From Minisyncoccota bacterium (lineage in GTDB: Bacteria; Patescibacteriota; Minisyncoccia; Phycocordibacterales; Phycocordibacteraceae): a DNA stretch of 64,000 nt. Under the pieces are notes generated by a model. The model was given only the letters and a program-made list of their open reading frames with translations. It was not told the origin of the DNA and ran no database searches. The position numbers were made by a program, and so were the translations under genes. Numbering within the stretch: the first letter of the stretch is position 1; each line of letters starts with the position of its first letter. Positions 55,379 through 64,000 of the stretch are shown in pieces. The stretch spans positions 398,217 to 462,216 of the forward strand of contig DASPLI010000001.1 in assembly GCA_035627655.1 (NCBI GenBank). Reading direction: 5' to 3'.

Positions 55379-55702
55379 ATGCGTATCGGCTCGAGACTCT
55401 TCTTGTATATGGTACGTTATACTTTTTTCATGGAACTACATCCACAGAATGATTTACGCGATCTTCTAGAAGAGAATCTCGAAGTTGCGCGAGAGAATAA
55501 CCGGCTTTTGAAAGCCATGCGTCGAGATGCATTGATTGGCAGCATCGTAAAAATGCTGGTCTGGGTCGTATTGATTGGAGCCTCATTCTATTTCTCCATG
55601 CAGTTTTTGGAGCCGTACCTCGGTATGCTTGAGGGCGTCCAGGGGCAGGGAACGGACTGGCAGCAGGTTCTCGAGTTCTATCAAGGCCAGCTCGGGCAAT
55701 GA
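55379..55702 (+). CDS. hypothetical protein with one TM segment (start uncertain; may be 55409 or 55430)
   Basis: A coiled-coil-like N-terminal region, then TM helix MLVWVVLIGASFYFSM. No clear RBS. Confidence 0.35.
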   Translation: MRIGSRLFLYMVRYTFFMELHPQNDLRDLLEENLEVARENNRLLKAMRRDALIGSIVKMLVWVVLIGASFYFSMQFLEPYLGMLEGVQGQGTDWQQVLEFYQGQLGQ

Positions 55703-55739
55703 TGAAAGAAATGGGCTGCTGTGCTACCATGGCGGAAAC

Positions 55740-55812
55740 GCTTGGATAGCTCAGTTGGTAGAGCACTTCCCTGAAGAGGAAGGGGTCCCCGGTTCGAGCC
55801 CGGGTCCAAGCA
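55740..55812 (+). tRNA. tRNA-Phe (anticodon GAA)
   Basis: gcttgga-ta-gctc-agttggtag-agc-a-cttcc-ctGAAga-ggaag-gggtc-cccgg-ttcgagc-ccggg-tccaagc-a. Listed ORFs 55428-55841 (-) and 55575-55922 (+) across it are spurious. Confidence 0.85.
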
Positions 55813-55816
55813 CCCG

Positions 55817-56905
55817 ATGCAGCTCCCTGCTTTTGTCTCAAGGGCGCTCTCTTTTGCAGCTCGCAACGAGCGTCCGCTTGGTGCGGTCCTCTTTGCCTTC
55901 GGTTTTATCACCGACCTCCTGACGTTCGGCCTCCTGCCGATCGGGATCGTCAATATTTTCTTCCTGAGCTACCTCGCGCTTGCTGCGGTCTGTACATTCG
56001 GGACGCATCTGATTTCTGTCTATAAAGAGCGCGACGTGTGGTGGCGGAAAGTGCTTGCGGTTGTCTTTCCGCTTGGGGCGCAGTATGCGTTCGGCGGTAT
56101 CTTTTCCGGCTTTGTCGTTTTCTACACTAAGAGCTCAGTATTGGCCGTCTCTTGGCCGTTTATCGTGCTGCTCGCACTCGTGTATTTCGGCAACGAATAC
56201 TTTCGCATGCATAAGGCACACCTCGTGTATCAAACGGCGCTCTTCTTCTTTGCGTTTTATGCCTATGCTATTTTTGCGCTCCCGCTCTTCGTGCACACTA
56301 TCGGTCCGTGGGTGTTTCTCGGTAGCACCGCGCTTGCAATAGTGGTCATTGGATTTTTCTTGTGGCTCTTGCGCCGGGTGAATAAGACGCGCTTTTCAGA
56401 AAATGCCCGTTCCATTTTCGCCTCCTGTGGCGTGATCGTTATCTTGGTGTGCGGCTCCTACTTCGGGGGCTTGATACCGCCTATTCCGCTTGCACTCACC
56501 GATGGTGGCGCTTATCACTCACTTATGAAAGTACCGGGCGGCTATCGCGTGGAGACGGAAGCGCCACGGCCCTGGTGGGACATTCGTACGCCCGTGCTGC
56601 ACGTGACGCCGGGATCTCCGGTATACGCCTATAGTGCGGTTGGCGCACCGATCTCGTTCTCAAGTACGGTCGTGCATCGCTGGGAGCACTATCGGCAAGG
56701 TAAGTGGGTGACGGAAGGACGCATCTCGTTTCCTATCTCAGGAGGCAGGGTCGGCGGGTACCGCGGCTACTCGGTCAAAGAGAATCTGGCACCAGGAAAG
56801 TGGATGGTCTCGGTAGAGACGCCGAGCGGACAGGTGATTGGCCGGATTCGGTTCGATATTGAAAACGCCGACCAGCGGCCGGCGCTTCAAGAAGAAATTC
56901 TTTAG
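55817..56905 (+). CDS. polytopic membrane protein with C-terminal DUF2914-like extracytoplasmic domain
   Basis: Six or seven TM helices, then a soluble C-terminal domain (GGYRVETEAPRPWWDIRTPVLHVTPG...WMVSVETPSGQVIGRIRFDI). Starts 4 nt after tRNA-Phe, so the start codon is uncertain. Confidence 0.5.
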   Translation: MQLPAFVSRALSFAARNERPLGAVLFAFGFITDLLTFGLLPIGIVNIFFLSYLALAAVCTFGTHLISVYKERDVWWRKVLAVVFPLGAQYAFGGIFSGFVVFYTKSSVLAVSWPFIVLLALVYFGNEYFRMHKAHLVYQTALFFFAFYAYAIFALPLFVHTIGPWVFLGSTALAIVVIGFFLWLLRRVNKTRFSENARSIFASCGVIVILVCGSYFGGLIPPIPLALTDGGAYHSLMKVPGGYRVETEAPRPWWDIRTPVLHVTPGSPVYAYSAVGAPISFSSTVVHRWEHYRQGKWVTEGRISFPISGGRVGGYRGYSVKENLAPGKWMVSVETPSGQVIGRIRFDIENADQRPALQEEIL

Positions 56906-57357
56906 CTTGATTTGACGCGCAACTTCGTCTGGCGAGCGCGATCAAGCTTCGGCAAGACGATCGTCAAAAGGCCATCCTTAGAGGTCGCGGTCGCGCCATC
57001 GACGTCTACTTCCTGGGGAAGCATGACCGTGCGAGAGAAGGCACCCCAAAAGAGTTCCTGATTGAAATAGTCTGGTCCAGATGCTTCGCTGCGCTCTTCG
57101 CGAGAACCCTCGATAACCACCATGTCGCGACTGATGGAGACGTTCATGTCCTCGGGGCGAACGCCAGCAACAAACGTGCGTACGACGATCTCGGTCGGTG
57201 TCTGGTACATGTCGACCGGAAGATGTCCTTCCGTGCGTTCAGGTGCAACTGCAGGAATCTGGCGCTTTGCGTCGTGCGGAGCAAACTCCTCCTCAAATTC
57301 GTAGTCATCGTCAGGAGAGGAGCCGGAAAGTCGCTGCAGAAGGGAACGCTTTTTCAT
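56902..57357 (-). CDS. Hsp20/alpha-crystallin family small heat shock protein
   Basis: Alpha-crystallin domain (PVDMYQTPTEIVVRTFVAGVRPEDMNVSI...GLLTIVLPK). Confidence 0.85.
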   Translation of the reverse strand: MKKRSLLQRLSGSSPDDDYEFEEEFAPHDAKRQIPAVAPERTEGHLPVDMYQTPTEIVVRTFVAGVRPEDMNVSISRDMVVIEGSREERSEASGPDYFNQELFWGAFSRTVMLPQEVDVDGATATSKDGLLTIVLPKLDRARQTKLRVKSS

Positions 57358-57366
57358 ATAAAGTTA

Positions 57367-58077
57367 CTAACAAGTATTTTTTGGTAAATTGCGGTCTCGG
57401 AAGTATTTCAGAATCTCAAAGGCCGCAAAGAAGACGATCGCTGCGGTCCAGACCGTGAAGAAGGCGAGGATGGTGTACGAACCACCTTGCTGAATTATAA
57501 AAAAGTTGAAGAGGGCGTGCAATCCGATTGCGAGGATAAGTCCGAATGACGCAGCGAGTACGCGAACCGTTCGACTCGCCTGATAGCTAAACGCGAGCGC
57601 AAAACCAATCGCAGATGAGGCAACAACATGGAGCAGTGTTGCGCCGATAAAGCGGAGGTTGTTGGTGACCAAGCCGGCAAGGAATCTGCCTTGAGAGAGC
57701 GGCTCAAGCAGGAAGAGAGCATTCTCAAGTGCAGCAAAACCAAGCGCAACCGTAAGCATTGTCGCGACGATATCGAGCGGGTTGCGGATGGCGGCTCGTC
57801 GCCAGAGCACTGCAGCGGCAGCGACCAGGTATTTGAGCGTCTCTTCAGCGGTAGCCCACGCGATAATGACGGGAATGCCGCCAGGGAGGAGACGTACCGC
57901 CAAATCTTCAAGCGGGAGAACGAGTGGCACGGCAAGCATACCCACCATGAAGGCGTAGAAGACGACCCAGCGCGGTTGCGGGCAGCGCCCCTCCTCTTTG
58001 AGGAGGAAATAGAGCCAGGCAAGGGCAGGAAGGAGGCCGCCGACGAAGGCATAGCCTATAGTCTCAAGCGGAGGCAT
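57367..58077 (-). CDS. PrsW-family intramembrane metalloprotease
   Basis: 236 aa, six TM helices. Motifs ATAEETLKY (EExxK), LAALENALF, HVVAS, HALFN. Confidence 0.65.
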   Translation of the reverse strand: MPPLETIGYAFVGGLLPALAWLYFLLKEEGRCPQPRWVVFYAFMVGMLAVPLVLPLEDLAVRLLPGGIPVIIAWATAEETLKYLVAAAAVLWRRAAIRNPLDIVATMLTVALGFAALENALFLLEPLSQGRFLAGLVTNNLRFIGATLLHVVASSAIGFALAFSYQASRTVRVLAASFGLILAIGLHALFNFFIIQQGGSYTILAFFTVWTAAIVFFAAFEILKYFRDRNLPKNTC

Positions 58078-58093
58078 GCCCCTATTCTAGCAG

Positions 58094-60199
58094 CTATTTG
58101 GGCCACGCGGTGACCATCAGGTAGTTTTTCTTTGCGGGAATCGAGCTCCAGATCTCTTCGGTGACAAACGGCATGAACGGATGCAGTAGGGCGAGCAAAT
58201 CGGCAAGCGTGCTATGGAGAAAGGCGCTTCGAGACGCTTTCGCTGCTTCGTCGGTTCCAAGGAAAATAGGCTTTGACTCTTCAAGGATGACGTCGGCAAG
58301 GCGGTGCCACGCGTACTGGTAGAGCTTTTCCGCCGCCATATGCATGCGGTACTCGTCCATGTCCGTAGTCACGTCGGCAACAAGCTCTTTAAACTCCTGC
58401 TGGAGCGCCAGATCCGTTTCATTGAGAGTCGCATCGCTGACCGGTGCGTTCTCGAGAATGAATCGAGTAATGTTCCAGAGCTTGTTGGCAAAATGCTTGT
58501 AGCCCTTCACCTTGTCCTCGCGAAGTGCGAGGTCGGTACCGGGAGCGTTTCCAACCACAAGCGCCATGCGAAGCGCATCGGTACCGTACTTATTCGTAAG
58601 GTCGAGCGGATTCACCACATTACCTTTCGATTTACTCATCTTCTTTCCGTGCGCGTCGTTTACCAAGCCGTGGAGGTAGACGGTGTGGAATGGCGGCTGG
58701 TCGGAGAGGTAGAGACCGAAAATAACCATGCGCGGCACCCACTTAAAGATGAGGTCGTGGCCCGTCTCCATGACATCGCTCGGATAGTAGGTAGGGAAGT
58801 CACTGCCGTTCGGGTAGCCGGCAGTAAGAAGCGGCCACTGTCCGGATGAGAACCAGGTATCAAACGTATCCTCGTCCTTCACCCAGCCCTCGCCAGGAGA
58901 TGTGAGGCTTGCGCGCCACTCGCCATCTTTTTCCCAAGCAGGGATTGAGATACCCCAGACGATCTGTCGGGAAATATTCCAATCAATCGCATTTTCCATC
59001 CAGTAGCGGAAGATCTTCTCAAAGTTATCCGGAATGAAGCGAATGTCGCCCTTATTGACCGCGGTAACGGCCATTGCGGCAAGCGGTGCCATCTTCACGA
59101 ACCACTGGTCTTTGACCTGCGGCTCGATCACGGTCTGGCACTTGTAGCAGCGCTTAACGACATTCTTGTAGTTTTCATCAACGGATACCAAAAGACCCTT
59201 CTCTTTCAGCTTCTCAACGATCTTCGGTCGCGCGTCACGGATGTTGATGCCGGCAAATTCCTGCGCGATCGGAAGGAGCTTACCGCGCCAGTCGATAATC
59301 TGCTCCATCGGGAGGCTGTGACGCTGGGCAATCTCGAAGTCGATCTGGGAGTGCCATGGTGTAATCGTCATGACGCCGGTACCAAACTCCATATCGACTG
59401 CCGAATCCTTGATGACGGTAGCGGTAATTGGTCCGTTGATCCATTCAACCTCGAGCGTCTGGCCATGCTTCCAGTCCTTGTAACGAGCATCGTCTGGGTG
59501 CATAACGACGTACTTGTCGCCAAACTTTGTTTCAGGGCGCACCGTACCGATTTCAAACGGTCCGTAGCGGAAGGTATAAAACGGCGTCACCTCCTCCGAG
59601 TTTTCTGTCTCCACATCCGAAAGAGAAGTCTGATGCTTGTAGCACCAGTTTACGGTTCGCTTGCCGCGGTACACGAGTCCGTCTTCAAACATCTTGATGA
59701 ACGTCTTCTGCACTTTCTCAACGACATCCGGATCAAGCGTGAACTTCTCGCGCGACCAGTCGCAGGATGCGCCAAGCGAGCGAACTTGTGCTTCCATGTT
59801 CTTCTTATTCTCAAGCGTAAAGGCAAGAATCTCGTTGTAGAGCTCCTGCGGGTCCATCCCAAAACGAGATCGGCCTTCCTTCTCAAGCTTCTTCTCATAC
59901 ACCACCTGGGTTTCAAAGCCTGCATGATCTGCGCCTGGGAGCCACAGTGATCGATAGCCGCGCATGCGCTTATAGCGAGTCAAAATGTCTTCAAGCGTAA
60001 TAAAGAGGGCGTGACCGGCGTGGAGATTGCCGTTTGCGTTAGGTGGCGGCATGACGATCGTGAATGCCTTGCCCTCGGTTGCCGCAAGGAGGTCGGCTGG
60101 CAGGTTGTCAGGGTTGAAGTAGCCGCTCTGCTCCCACGCTTCGTAAATACGCGGCTCGGTTGCCGCTGGGTCGTAGGGTTTTTTGAACTTCTCGTCCAT
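58094..60199 (-). CDS. valS: valine--tRNA ligase (short form, about 700 aa, lacking C-terminal coiled-coil domain)
   Basis: PPPNANGNLHAGHA (HIGH region), KMSKSKGN, CP1 editing insertion and an anticodon-binding domain. Start at the ATG at 60199 (MDEKFKKPYDP); the track uses a TTG at 60229. Confidence 0.85.
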   Translation of the reverse strand: MDEKFKKPYDPAATEPRIYEAWEQSGYFNPDNLPADLLAATEGKAFTIVMPPPNANGNLHAGHALFITLEDILTRYKRMRGYRSLWLPGADHAGFETQVVYEKKLEKEGRSRFGMDPQELYNEILAFTLENKKNMEAQVRSLGASCDWSREKFTLDPDVVEKVQKTFIKMFEDGLVYRGKRTVNWCYKHQTSLSDVETENSEEVTPFYTFRYGPFEIGTVRPETKFGDKYVVMHPDDARYKDWKHGQTLEVEWINGPITATVIKDSAVDMEFGTGVMTITPWHSQIDFEIAQRHSLPMEQIIDWRGKLLPIAQEFAGINIRDARPKIVEKLKEKGLLVSVDENYKNVVKRCYKCQTVIEPQVKDQWFVKMAPLAAMAVTAVNKGDIRFIPDNFEKIFRYWMENAIDWNISRQIVWGISIPAWEKDGEWRASLTSPGEGWVKDEDTFDTWFSSGQWPLLTAGYPNGSDFPTYYPSDVMETGHDLIFKWVPRMVIFGLYLSDQPPFHTVYLHGLVNDAHGKKMSKSKGNVVNPLDLTNKYGTDALRMALVVGNAPGTDLALREDKVKGYKHFANKLWNITRFILENAPVSDATLNETDLALQQEFKELVADVTTDMDEYRMHMAAEKLYQYAWHRLADVILEESKPIFLGTDEAAKASRSAFLHSTLADLLALLHPFMPFVTEEIWSSIPAKKNYLMVTAWPK

Positions 60200-60225
60200 T
60201 TGGGGAATATAGCAGAAATACGGCC

Positions 60226-61422
60226 TCAAGCGAGCCGCAGATTGCCGTTTGCCTTGATGTCGCTCGCGTACTCTTTCCGAAGCGCGCGCAGGTAGCCGGC
60301 GATGCCGATCATGACGGCATTATCGGTCGTCAGGTCAGCGGTCGGGATGCGAAGTGATACGCCTGGATGCTCGGCAATGTTTCTCGTAAAGACACGTTGA
60401 ATGTGTTTGTTAGCGGAGACGCCGCCGCCAAGCACGAGTGTCTGCGCACCCGTTTCTTCAAGCGCTTTTGCGGATTTCTTCCACAACACGTCTGCTGCTG
60501 CGTCTTCAAACGCGCGCGCAAGTTGCTCCTTTTCTAGCTCGCCAAGCTCGCGATCTTTCACCTCATACAGTACGGCAGTCTTAAGGCCGCTAAAGGAGAA
60601 ATCGAGGTCTGGACTGTCGACCATGGGACGAGGAAGGGAGAAGGGATTGGTGCGCTCATCCTCGCGATCTCGCTCGGCAAGCTTCGATACTTCAGGACCG
60701 CCCGGATACGGAAGATGCAGCATGCGCGCAACCTTATCGAAGGCTTCTCCGACCGCATCATCTCGTGTTGCGCCAAGTAGTTCATAGGAGAGCCAGTCTT
60801 TCATCAAAACAAGTTCCGTATGCCCGCCTGAAATAAGGAGTGCGAGTACGGGGAATGCCACATCTTTAAGTTCGAGCACTTCAGTATTCTTGAGCGACTC
60901 TTTCCGTTCATCACTTCCAGCATGTACGGAAAGGCCGGAGAGAAGATGGCCTTCCATATGATTGACCGGTACGACCGGAATGTTCCAGGCAGCAGAAAGT
61001 GCTTGAGCGAAATTCACACCAACCCAGAGGGCTGGTTCAAGGCCGGGGCCTGCGGTAACGGCAATGGCATCGATCTTGGGCGGGGTATGCACTTCAACAA
61101 ATCGTATGAACGCCTCGGTGAGTCCTGGTTCCCGCTGGAGGAGATCGCCCCACTGACTATAGCGTTCAGGCGGAAAGACCTGTGCGTCTTCTTCAATCAT
61201 TTCTGCTTCGGCGAGTGCTTCGTAGAGAATGGGAACGAGGTTCTTGGCGTGTTCGCGCTTGGCAACGGCAGGGAAAACACCGCCATACTCTTTATGAATA
61301 TCGATCTGGGAAAGCAGTGCGTTTCCTATGACGCGGAAGCGCGCACTCGTCTCATCGCCGTCGCATTCAAGGATGGCGATCGCTGTCTCATCGCACGAGG
61401 TTTCAATCGCGAGAAGTTTCAT
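60226..61422 (-). CDS. tsaD: tRNA N6-adenosine threonylcarbamoyltransferase TsaD/Kae1 family
   Basis: MKLLAIETSCDETAIAI..., metal-binding HMEGH, GGGVSAN. 398 aa with insertions. Confidence 0.85.
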   Translation of the reverse strand: MKLLAIETSCDETAIAILECDGDETSARFRVIGNALLSQIDIHKEYGGVFPAVAKREHAKNLVPILYEALAEAEMIEEDAQVFPPERYSQWGDLLQREPGLTEAFIRFVEVHTPPKIDAIAVTAGPGLEPALWVGVNFAQALSAAWNIPVVPVNHMEGHLLSGLSVHAGSDERKESLKNTEVLELKDVAFPVLALLISGGHTELVLMKDWLSYELLGATRDDAVGEAFDKVARMLHLPYPGGPEVSKLAERDREDERTNPFSLPRPMVDSPDLDFSFSGLKTAVLYEVKDRELGELEKEQLARAFEDAAADVLWKKSAKALEETGAQTLVLGGGVSANKHIQRVFTRNIAEHPGVSLRIPTADLTTDNAVMIGIAGYLRALRKEYASDIKANGNLRLA

Positions 61423-62263
61423 CGTCTAGAAGCGTCCAGGGAAACGGCCCTTCGCGCGGAATCAGAAAGCCCGCTGCGTCGTGATGCCCGTTACCGCCAA
61501 ACCGGCTTGCAATCTCTGCAACATCCACTGACCCGTCGCCGCGGATAGAGACACCGTATCCGTCGGGATGCGCGGAAACCACCAGTGCAAAAGGACCGTG
61601 TTTGCGCGCAAGAATATTACCAACCAGAGACTTCATAGACTTCAGCGGATGTGCTGTTCCGTAATAAATTTCGTACCCTTCGAAAGAAACGAGTTTTGCA
61701 TGATCTGCTGCAAGCTGGGCGAGATGCTCGAAGTACTCGGCGTATATCGTTGCGCGCTCATACATCGATGTGTAAGACGCCGGATTATCAAACTTCTTGA
61801 TGATGTCGTCCCACACGGCAAAGTCGTATGGCTGCACTTCAATATACGTACCGATCGCGCGAGTTTCAGGATATTTAAAACGGAACAGATCTCCATCCTC
61901 GATGTAGTCAAGTAATTTTGGTCGGGGAGTTCCTGGATGAAAGTAGTCCCAAGCGATTCCTGCGCCAGAGCGATCTTTGTCGTAGACAAACTCCGGCATG
62001 CTCTCGATGACATCTCGTACGCCGTAGTGGTGATCAAGAACGACCAGGCGCTCTGCTGTTTCGGCAAAACGGTCCATGATGTCTTTGGGGTAACAAAAAT
62101 CGAGGAAATACGCAGTGGCGCCACGAACCGCTTCAATGGACGGTTCGTCCCCGCGGCCAAGAGCAATATATTCAGCAGCGTCGCCAAATTTTTTCCATGC
62201 TGCATAGGCAGCCGCAAAACCGTCTGGGCAGCCGCTACCGTGATACAGAATGACGGTTTTCAT
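61403..62263 (-). CDS. DHH/DHHA1 family phosphoesterase (NrnA-like oligoribonuclease/pAp phosphatase candidate)
   Basis: Start at the ATG at 62263 (MKTVILYHGSGCPDGFAAAYAAW). DHH motif VLDHHY. DHHA1 GGNGHHDAAGF. Overlaps the tsaD start by 20 nt. Confidence 0.7.
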   Translation of the reverse strand: MKTVILYHGSGCPDGFAAAYAAWKKFGDAAEYIALGRGDEPSIEAVRGATAYFLDFCYPKDIMDRFAETAERLVVLDHHYGVRDVIESMPEFVYDKDRSGAGIAWDYFHPGTPRPKLLDYIEDGDLFRFKYPETRAIGTYIEVQPYDFAVWDDIIKKFDNPASYTSMYERATIYAEYFEHLAQLAADHAKLVSFEGYEIYYGTAHPLKSMKSLVGNILARKHGPFALVVSAHPDGYGVSIRGDGSVDVAEIASRFGGNGHHDAAGFLIPREGPFPWTLLDDETSRD

Positions 62264-62277
62264 ATAGTCGTTATACC

Positions 62278-62715
62278 TTAGGCGCTTACTTCGTTCAAAA
62301 ATATGCCGCTCTTCCACGCATCAAGCGAGGCTTGGCTTGGCGCAAAGATGGGCGAGGGAAGCGCATCTTTGTCGTACCACTGCCAATTGCGAGACTTTTC
62401 CGGTTCCGGATTCGTTGGTTCTCCGCTCTTACATTCAACAACGAACGTGAGGTTCACATAATGCTTTCCATACACACGCTCGTTATTGAGCGAGACGATT
62501 CCTTTGAACTCAAGATCGGTCAGGCCAGTTTCTTCGCGCACTTCATCGCGCGCTGTGTCTTCAAAGCTCTTTCCAAACTCCATATGTCCGCCAGGAATCT
62601 GATAGGTGCCTGCGCCATGAGAACCAAGTCGCTCTCCAAGGAGTACTTTCCCTTCGGCGTTCAGGATAATGACGCCGACAGCGACGAGCGGACGATCAGC
62701 GGATGGTTGAGTCAT
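62278..62715 (-). CDS. NUDIX hydrolase
   Basis: Nudix box GGHMEFGKSFEDTARDEVREETGL. Confidence 0.8.
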   Translation of the reverse strand: MTQPSADRPLVAVGVIILNAEGKVLLGERLGSHGAGTYQIPGGHMEFGKSFEDTARDEVREETGLTDLEFKGIVSLNNERVYGKHYVNLTFVVECKSGEPTNPEPEKSRNWQWYDKDALPSPIFAPSQASLDAWKSGIFLNEVSA

Positions 62716-63569
62716 AGGCTAAAGCGTACATACATGCCGGATGGCAAGAGCCGGCCACTCTTCTCTTCAATACGCAGCTCGCCGTATTCGGCGTCTACCG
62801 TTCCAAAAACGCTCTCAACGAGCTGCAGGAACGACTGTGGCGCGTAGCCAGCAGCGTAGCCGTTAAGGAGGAAGAATGAGCCGGGAGCGTCTGAGAGGAG
62901 TTCCTTCAAAAGCTCAATAAGCGGGAGAAGATCTTCCTCGATCTTCCACACTTCGTCTTTTGCGCCGCGACCGAATGCAGGAGGGTCAAGCAAAATGCCT
63001 TCGTACTTAGCGCCACGGCGTATCTCGCGCTTCACAAACGAGCGCGCGTCTTCAACGATATAGCGGATAGCGCCTTCAGGAACGCCGGAGCGCTCGGCAT
63101 TTTCCTTAGCCCAGGTAACGCTCGATTTTGAAGAATCGACATGCGTGACCTGCGCACCTGCCTGCGCTGCGGCAATGGATGCAGCGCCGGTGTAGCCGAA
63201 GAGGTTGAGGATCTGCGGCTCCTTGAGCGCCTGTATCTTTCCCGCGGTCCATTCCCAGTTGGGGGACTGCTCAGGAAAGATACCGGTATGTTTGAAAGAG
63301 GTAAGGCGGGTGGAGAGCGTCATACTGCCAAACGACACGTCCCACATATCCGGGAGATCTCCGTTCTTCTCCCACGCGCCTTTTGCGCCGTCGCGAGAAA
63401 AGACTGCTGCAGCCTTCTCCCAGAGCGACGCATCAGACTTTCGCCAGATCGCCTGCGTATCGGGACGGGCAAGCACGTAGTCTCCATATCGTTCAAGCTT
63501 CAGGTGATCTCCCGAGTCGAGGAGTTCGTACCCGTCAGACGCACGAGTGGAGAGGTGGCGTTCGATCAT
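62712..63569 (-). CDS. class I SAM-dependent rRNA methyltransferase (RlmI/RlmK-like, PUA-like N-terminus)
   Basis: NLFGYTGAASIAAAQAGAQVTHVDSS and ILLDPPAFGRG motifs. 4-nt overlap with the flanking genes. Confidence 0.7.
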   Translation of the reverse strand: MIERHLSTRASDGYELLDSGDHLKLERYGDYVLARPDTQAIWRKSDASLWEKAAAVFSRDGAKGAWEKNGDLPDMWDVSFGSMTLSTRLTSFKHTGIFPEQSPNWEWTAGKIQALKEPQILNLFGYTGAASIAAAQAGAQVTHVDSSKSSVTWAKENAERSGVPEGAIRYIVEDARSFVKREIRRGAKYEGILLDPPAFGRGAKDEVWKIEEDLLPLIELLKELLSDAPGSFFLLNGYAAGYAPQSFLQLVESVFGTVDAEYGELRIEEKSGRLLPSGMYVRFSL

Positions 63570-64000
63570 GCATTGAGTGCGCCAGGATGTTTACGGCTCC
63601 AGGCGGAAAATACGACGCCTGCGGACACGGCGACGTTGAGCGATTCGCAGCGGGGATGCATGGGAATAGAGAGTGCGATATCGCAGGTCTCAAGCGTCTT
63701 CTCCCGGAGCCCTGCTCCTTCGTTCCCAAGCACAAACACACTCGGCTTTTCAAAACCTTCCGCATCAAGCGGAATTGATCCTTCCATTGCAAGGCCGTAT
63801 ACCCAAAAGCCACGCTCTTTGAGGTCGCGAAGCGTATCGTTCACGTTTCCAATTGAGACGAGCGGAACGCGAAACGCCATGCCAGCAGATGTCTTGATTA
63901 CCGTTCCTGTTACGGGTGCCTGGTTGTGCGCAGGGATAAGCACGCCTGCGAGTCCGAACGCTGCGGCTGATCGGATGATAGCGCCTACGTTATGCGGATC
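63566..64000 (-). CDS. SpoU/TrmH-family RNA 2-prime-O-methyltransferase, partial (N-terminus beyond window end)
   Basis: Reading continues upstream of the listed Met (...DPHNVGAIIRSAAAFGLAGVLIPAHN...). SPOUT motifs VFVLGNEGAGL and LNVAVSAGVV. Confidence 0.7.
   Translation of the reverse strand, partial: DPHNVGAIIRSAAAFGLAGVLIPAHNQAPVTGTVIKTSAGMAFRVPLVSIGNVNDTLRDLKERGFWVYGLAMEGSIPLDAEGFEKPSVFVLGNEGAGLREKTLETCDIALSIPMHPRCESLNVAVSAGVVFSAWSRKHPGALNA

Noticed and set aside
55428-55922. ORFs 55428-55841 (-) and 55575-55922 (+)
   Set aside because: Both run through tRNA-Phe, so they are spurious.

Overview
This is a gene-dense, GC-rich bacterial chromosomal segment of about 64 kb with genes on both strands. 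I support about 80 protein-coding genes, four tRNAs (Ser-GGA, Gly-CCC, Arg-CCT, Phe-GAA), one RNase P RNA and roughly twenty intrinsic terminators, many of them bidirectional between convergent genes. The ORF track counts ATG, GTG and TTG as starts, so several listed ORFs are N-terminally over-extended; I re-called those starts from RBS positions, terminators, tRNAs and family-typical N-termini. Housekeeping genes present: GroES/GroEL, TypA/BipA, LepA, ValRS, TsaD, RNase J, a DEAD-box helicase, MurJ, SecG, MltG, FtsB-like, endonuclease III-like and MutY-like glycosylases. Envelope and redox genes: an RND pump with a periplasmic adaptor but no outer-membrane factor, DsbA-like, VKOR, MsrA, MsrB, DedA, an NrdH-like glutaredoxin, an MsbA-like ABC exporter, an O-antigen-ligase/TPR protein, PrsW, Hsp20, and two LemA modules (LemA-HtpX and LemA-TPM). 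There are many small membrane proteins: DUF1761, DUF4383, DUF2784, an lmo0937-family miniprotein and a SemiSWEET. I found no transposase, integrase, phage genes or CRISPR array. The most unusual locus is a 419-aa fusion of a CoaB-like (phosphopantothenate-cysteine ligase fold) domain with a class II aldolase/adducin domain. It sits divergent from a TrmB-family regulator with a palindromic operator between them, and is followed by an M23-like peptidase. Other things worth a second look: three tandem paralogous ~100-aa membrane protein genes, each with its own TTGAC(A/T) promoter, terminator and palindrome; RG-rich N-terminal extensions on both RNase J and the DEAD-box helicase; two GC-elevated islets (a LemA-TPM pair, and a run of small secreted or membrane proteins) sharing an identical 24-nt hairpin with another locus; and two long structured intergenic regions that are candidate ncRNA or leader elements.
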